Below, piece after piece: positions 57,501 to 64,000 of a stretch of 64,000 nucleotides of DNA. Both the position numbers and the translations under genes were made by a program. The stretch comes from Tubulanus polymorphus. Taxonomy: Eukaryota > Animalia > Nemertea. Under the pieces are notes generated by a model. That model made no database searches. It saw only the letters and a program-made list of their open reading frames with translations, and was not told the DNA's origin. Location: positions 28,066,299-28,130,298 of the forward strand of contig NC_134025.1 in the NCBI RefSeq assembly GCF_964204645.1. Reading direction: 5' to 3'. The stretch's first letter is position 1. The number at the start of each line of letters is the position of its first letter.

Positions 57501-60500
57501 GACATGCCTCTTGTAACATCGTTATTACTCTAGTTCGGCAAAAATGGCCTCGTTTCATGTGTTTATGTTACCTATACAAATTTGTCGCTCATAAAAAAGC
57601 TTTTGTGGCTTTTTTCTGGTGTTGGGTATGTTTGATTAAAAATCTCGCAACCTTTAGAGCATGAAACAAGTTCGATTATACGATTGTTTTTCACGACGAC
57701 CACTATCGATTACGGAGCAAACATTCGTTTCGTGAAACATTGAATATAAATGTCACGTTCAAACATTTATTATGAGAATATCTGCTGTTCTCGTCCAGGT
57801 GTGAGTTGTTTTGGTCGGTTGCTTTGGTAGCCTCATGATCCAATTCATCGCGAACTCAATGGCGGTCGCGATCTATATCAGAAATAATTTTCATTTTGTA
57901 GAGGTGCTCGGGATTGAGTGTTACACTAGATTGCCATACTCAATTATATTTGCCTATAGTTTTTAGTTACCCTCGAGCATAAGCTTTCGGCTTCATTGAT
58001 CGCATTAGGATCGTGAACTTTTTGCACAATGGGTTTTAGGCCAATGGGACAAAAATACCCTTTGCAAAAAGATATAGCCGGATTTAGCATTGATTGTCCG
58101 CGTTCAAGAAGATGCTTCAAGAAATTTAAGATTTTACCTACCACGAATATCATTTCTAGCGAATGAATCTGAAATTTCAATTTCCGTCATGTCAATGATA
58201 ATTCGAAGAAGGTTTATTAGTCTCAGGCAAGATTTCTATATTAAGTATAAGACGTTGATCCCTTTGCTCACAATATTTACCCAAACTTACTGACCATAGT
58301 GAATTATAGAGGTTTACAAATAGATAATATTTGCTTTAGACCCTTGTTCTCCCTGAATTGTTTGTCCCTATACCTGTTCTACTGCTGTCAGTTCGGTCTC
58401 TTAAATCATCATATTATCAATAAGTAATCATATTTTCACTCTTTCAACTTATCGTCATTATTCCGTGATTTTGGGAATAAGAATGATTTTCAAAGACCTT
58501 TTCAGTTCTAGTAGTTCGTCAAAAACTGCCCTCGATAAGCGCTGTTAATGACGAATTAGAGATGACCACGGGCTAGAAATGTTCACTCTTGAGACTGAAA
58601 ATCTGATAAAGACTCAGGTTACACGTCGTGGATGAAAATACAGAAATATGAAGAGTATGATCTTTCTGACGGCTGCTTCGTGCAGGAATAACATAAAAGT
58701 TTGCGATAAATAACACGATTAATTAAGACCCACATAACGAGTAAACTAGTTATCAATATATACATTCCGAAGATAGCTAACTACAGTAAACTTGTGGCAG
58801 TGGCCAGTGAATCAAAACACGTGTAGTGCTGAAAGTGCCATGAAAATGCTGCTAATAAAACAGTTCTGACTCAGTCACTTCAAGAAGGATCCCTGAACTG
58901 GATAGTTTTCTTTACACCTGACGATTGTAATAGTTCAGTTCTTAAACTAATGGCACCTTTAAACATCGAAGAAAGATTTTCACTTTGGAACTAATGCATA
59001 CTCTTTTCATGTACATTTCATGAACAAACATTGTCACCTGGCGTTGGCTTGTTTAACCACTTCAGTATCAAAATGTTGATGTCGATTGGCCATTAGGACC
59101 ATCTGGTAATCAAACGCGCGGGAGGTCAACATTTTATTCGGATCTATTCATCACAAGGAGTTGAACTTTCAACTTGTTTCAAATCTACCCGGAGCTTTAC
59201 TACTGCTGCAAGTACGGGATTTATGAGTTGATCTACAAGTAAGACAAACAGATTCTATCAGCTATCTGAGTAAAGCTTTATATCGGATAAATTGACTACG
59301 CTTCAGTTAGTGAAGAGTATTTGAATCATTGTCCCAAGCCGGTACTAGTGTCATTGACAGCATCACAGGTCTGATAGGATTGATTCTACTGACATTTATC
59401 ACCGTCGTCTGATGTTAGTTCGCGTTACTGGCGCTCTGGCTGCCGAGACCGTCAACTACTTACGACTGTCAACTGCAATCGCCTGCCAGGCATGCGAAAA
59501 TTGAATTTGCAGGTCAAGCATGCGAGAGTTTGTAGGGGAAGAAATATTTCTCAGGTCATTGGATTATATAAGAGATGAGCGACGTGTTTGTCAGTTATTT
59601 ATTGACGAATGATTGGTTCAGATATCGATGAACAGGTTCAAACTGCTGCATGTACATGTTTTCTACGACCACGTGCGTTCTTGTTACCCATGTTTCTTCT
59701 CTCGGAGTCGGAATTTTATGTAGTGGAATATAAGTTCGATGCGAGTTGGGGCTGTTGAGGCGTGGTACGATGTTTATATTATATTATATGTTTCCTCGCG
59801 AATGAAACTGATAATGAGGAATTATTTATCGTCTATTATTGATAGAAGAATACCAGTCATATTGTTCATTGTAAAAGCCGATTGGACCAGGCACATTTAC
59901 TCAGAATACATCTCAGGAATAACGCACAGATGATTCAGTGTTGCTTCCTCGTGAAACTCTGCACGGGATTCGAGTGAAGTTTCGTCGTTTTTGTCGTGCG
60001 AGGAGTGAGTTATAAGTAATTTGTGGTTTTTTTCGGTTGTTATAAAGATGCCGAGCTCGATGAATCTTTGCGGTTGCGTCGGGAAACCACCGGTTGTTTC
60101 AGCACCTGTTACTGTGCCGAGTAAACCTATATTACATACTAATAATTACAATACGTCGTCGTCGTCGGTCAAAAAGTGTCAAATAAGTAAACCGGCTAAT
60201 TCTGTGAAATTTGCATTCGCCGGTGAAAAGTCGTTCTATGGAGCATGTTCACCTCAGAAATATAAGGTAATGATGACGGAATATAACCATTTTCTATTGA
60301 CGATCGATGAATTTTGCTTTTTTTCCATTTTATTCCTTTATTCATCATTGAATCAAATTTATGTACCTCCTCGTGTTTGTTTATACCCATATGCAACCTT
60401 AGCTTTTATAAAAGATCAATTTTTTCTATCAGTAAAGTTTGTTCGAAGAGGAATCACTGCGACGACCTGCTGTTCAGCCTACTTCACAAACATGTTACTG

Positions 60501-63500
60501 TTATCTTATGTTTTGACGTATTCTGTCTTTTGAAACCCTTCATGTTTTCTCTTGTTTGGGGTTATATTCCTATGTAAGAACGATAAGAAAGTGATTACGA
60601 TGAAGATGTAAACAGTGTCATATCCAGTTACATTTCATTAACTATTAGTGGAAAAAACGTTGTGCAGCTAAAATAGCATGCCGGTAGATGAAATAGTCAA
60701 AATTTGTCCCGTGACAAATGAGTCATCTTGAAAAAGATATAGTTATGGGCTTTATGAGCGCCAGACAGGTCTAGAGGACTGGTTTTGTGGTGTTATTTGG
60801 AGTGTAAAGATTCTAAATGACGCATCTAATTGTTCACGCGATAGAAAATGCACACGCTTCGATTGTGTTGCATTTTAACTGGGAATGGACCAGTGATGTT
60901 CACAGTTATTGTCAAATAAAAGATCTAATTTGTAAACTAAACAGTTTTATGCCCACGTAGATGTGAGTTACCCGGTCAATACGCGAAGCTAGAAATAATC
61001 GATCGAACAAACAAGAACATCACGAACACCCAGTTAAAGTTTCATGCAATTTAGACGTTATTGGTTGATTCCAAATCAACTATTTGGGATAAATCGCATA
61101 GAGCTTAACTTCCATAAGAAACCGACCAACCCTCTTAAGTTTTTGAGACTATAGATTAATAATGGTTTAATGCGTCTATCATTGTAGGTAACTCAACCTT
61201 GTGTTCCACCTACAAATTACGAATTGGTAAGTTTTATTGGTTCTTTCATTCGTTAAGCAGTAAGTGTCTATTGCCGGCAGCGTTCAATCAATTCAAATGT
61301 ATTTTGCAGCAAAGTCATGGTGGAATCAATAGTAAGCAACCCTTGCCTCAAACACAGCCTCCTCTCCATCCTCATCAGCATCATCATCAACAACAGCATC
61401 ATCATCATCATCGGTCAAACCATGTCCACGTAACTAAATCTGTAAGTACAATTACGGATTCCGGTGGTTTTATCGGAATCAGCGAAATGCCTTCGGACAT
61501 GAATATCTCAAATTCCAGTGTATTGTCATATGTGCATTGTCTATAATCATTATCACAATAGATTAATAATCAATAAAGCAATAAGTAGCGTTGAAACAGA
61601 TGGTAAACTGTACACACACATATATCAGATAATAGATATATGAACTGAACTCTGATCTTAATGCGTTTTTTGTCTTCAATTTACGTACGTTTTTCAGCAA
61701 CCTTTGCCGTCATCCCAACCACCTCAACCGAGCATGGCTACCAGGAAATATCATTCGACCAAGTAAGTGTTACTTCTTTCGATCGTAATTGAATGAATGT
61801 CAGTTTTCAATGAACGAATGAAAGCAGTTAGTGTTGTATATATCATCTGGATAGGAGATCGCGAACCAAGTCCGGTATTGTTTTCCAATAAACAGTAGTC
61901 GTTAAGGGGCAATACACTGTACAGTTTTGACAAAATGTATGATCATTCATCGACAATTATTCCCGGGAGGGGAGAGGAAGGGGAAGACAGCAGAAATACA
62001 GTACAGATTGACCATTTGTTAGTAATAATACCTGTCGTATATGCGTGATATAACATGGCATCGTGTGTTATGATTTGATTAAGGTATGTTGTGAATACTT
62101 CAGTACGATGGATTAATTCGCTGATTATCCCCTGCTTGATTGATGCACGTATGATTTTTCTGTAAAACGAACACTATTTGTTATCGATTTACTGATAACG
62201 CATGGCAAACACAACTATCGGTATATCTGCCCTATTACTGTACATCGTAAGCCAAGCGTGTATGAATTTAAAAAAAAATTCTTCATTTAGGCATTGCGGT
62301 TTGACGTTGAAGTTAAGCAAACACTTTGAAATGATTTGATCTATATTTTTCAGACGAATGGATGATGAACAATTTGAAGTAGACCTCACTTATGTGACTA
62401 AACGCATCATAGGTAGATAAATGCTTTCTGGCAGTCTAGGTCTTATTCCACTTATTCCGGCGTACATTTCATTTTAAATCTCTCTCCACATCTATCATCA
62501 GATACTGTGTAATATATATATCCCATGCGTATTTGTCGTACATGTCTTCAGGATTCAAATTTATTTTATCACTCTCGAGTCACTGCATCTACATAATCAA
62601 TATGTCTGATTAATTAAGCAACGTCTCGTCATTGTAGACACTGTAATGTAATTTCAGCTATGACTTTTCCTGTGTCAGAAGGTCACGAGGTCAGCTATAG
62701 GAACAGCATGAAAGAGGTGACCGCGATGCTCAAGACCAAACACGGCACACATTATTTCATCGTTAACCTATCTGAGAATCATTTCGATTTATCCCGATCA
62801 AACGGAAATGTACGTTAATTTTTTTTGGTAAAAGCTTGAATTTCTGCTGCTGATGATATGTGGACTTTACGGATTATGTTTTTTTGTAGCTTTCCGAGCA
62901 GGGCTGGCCAGCCACGTTAGCTCCTCCATTAGAACGACTGTGCAGTATCTGTAAATCTATAGATTCATGGTTAAACTCAGATCCTAATCATGTTATCGTG
63001 TTACATTGTAAAGGAGGAACCAGTAGAGTGGCCGTCATTTTAGAAGCTTATATGCATTATAGTAATATTTGTGCTAGGTTTGTATCAGATTTAAAGCCGA
63101 GCTTTTGACAAACTGTGCTTGAAATCAAGTTCCAGTTTAGATTTATTTAATTTGCTTACAGCGCTGACAAAGCTCTTGACCGGTTTGCGATGAAACGATT
63201 CTACGATGAAAAGGACGGAATGAAACATCCATCACAAAAACGGTAAGATGCATATACAATTGTAGCAAAGGGTTAGGCTTCATATTGTCAACAGCAATCA
63301 TCGCTACCGGTATATTAGCACCTGTCCACTCGACATAATGCTCAACGCAGTATGTATCTGAATGTACATTATAGAGGAATATTCTGAGTTTAAATGAGGA
63401 CAGGGCAGCTGGACTCTCAAACTGTCCTAATCTTGCACCTATGAAGTCATTGTCAGAATATATCTCCCAGGTTGGACGTCAATGATCGTTTGGAAATGGG

Positions 63501-63886
63501 GCCAGTCGGCTATTCATTGAGAACCTCTATAAATAGCCTCATAAACCTAACAATTGCCCACCATACAATTAGGATTCTTCTTAATAGATTTAGTGTCTAA
63601 GTCATCTTTGTCCTGTAATAAATGTGATTTATACATCGATATAGCACCCACATGTGTCTGATCAACTGGCTCATTTATGCAAGTTGTCATTGTCATTTTG
63701 TTATTTTTTCAGCTATGTTAATTACTTCGGCGGACTCTTATCCGGAGCTTTAAAAGTCAACAGTAAACCTTTGTATCTTCACAACATCGTACTGCAAGGA
63801 ATCCCGAACTTCGACGGAAAAGGTGGCTGTAAACCATTCATTAAAATCTATCAAGGATTGCAACCAATTTTCACATCAGGAGTTTA
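51567..63886 (+). CDS. TNS: Tensin, 5' part (C1 domain, PTEN-like phosphatase, start of C2); continues beyond the window
   Basis: Exons: 51567-51675, 52907-52944, 61188-61226 (C1: [43 protein letters not shown]), 61310-61441, 61698-61762, 62354-62412, 62658-62809, 62890-63077, 63162-63242, 63713-63886. Motifs: [52 protein letters not shown]. Confidence 0.93.
60048..60266 (+). CDS. Alternative internal first exon of tensin (isoform lacking C1)
   Basis: AAGATGC...AAG|gtaatg, 73 codons ([18 protein letters not shown]...CSPQKYK). Phase 0 into exon 61188. Preceded by a CpG-richer, UTR-like stretch. Confidence 0.65.
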
Positions 63887-64000
63887 GTAAGTTTTGCCGA
63901 AGAAACAGTAAAATGCAATGAAATAGTGTAATACTGTATTTCCAGTGGTGTGTGGTGTAAGTTCTGGTTACTATTAGACCGAATGTAAATGTTGCTTGTT

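Noticed and set aside
60267-60533. Hydrophobic C-terminal continuation of the 170-aa ORF 60021-60533
   Set aside because: It lies past a good donor at 60266 and is T-rich intron read-through rather than a transmembrane protein.

Overview
AT-rich, intron-dense animal genomic DNA, probably a marine invertebrate. A lophotrochozoan looks likely, but the taxon is an inference. There is no prokaryotic content and no CRISPR array. Reading the splice sites by hand gives seven protein-coding genes: (1) an IRF transcription factor with a single-exon CDS (-); (2) CASD1, head-to-head with it (+, 21 exons); (3) a divergent calmodulin-like gene (+); (4) a UBE2E-type E2 (+); (5) an unnamed ankyrin-repeat gene of about 661 aa (-), with 22 coding exons mostly too short for the ORF track; (6) beta-catenin (+), divergent from the ankyrin gene; (7) the 5' part of tensin (+; C1, PTEN-like phosphatase, start of C2), which runs off the window. 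Several short non-autonomous DNA-transposon (MITE) relics are present. The main oddities are: all 21 coding-region introns of the ankyrin gene are phase 0; the retrogene-like IRF has an altered DNA-recognition helix and shares a promoter containing IRF-E and kB-like motifs with CASD1; tensin has several candidate alternative first exons, two with a CGC motif; and the tensin PTP domain keeps CX5R but lacks the WPD Asp. All exon models are manual, with no transcript support.
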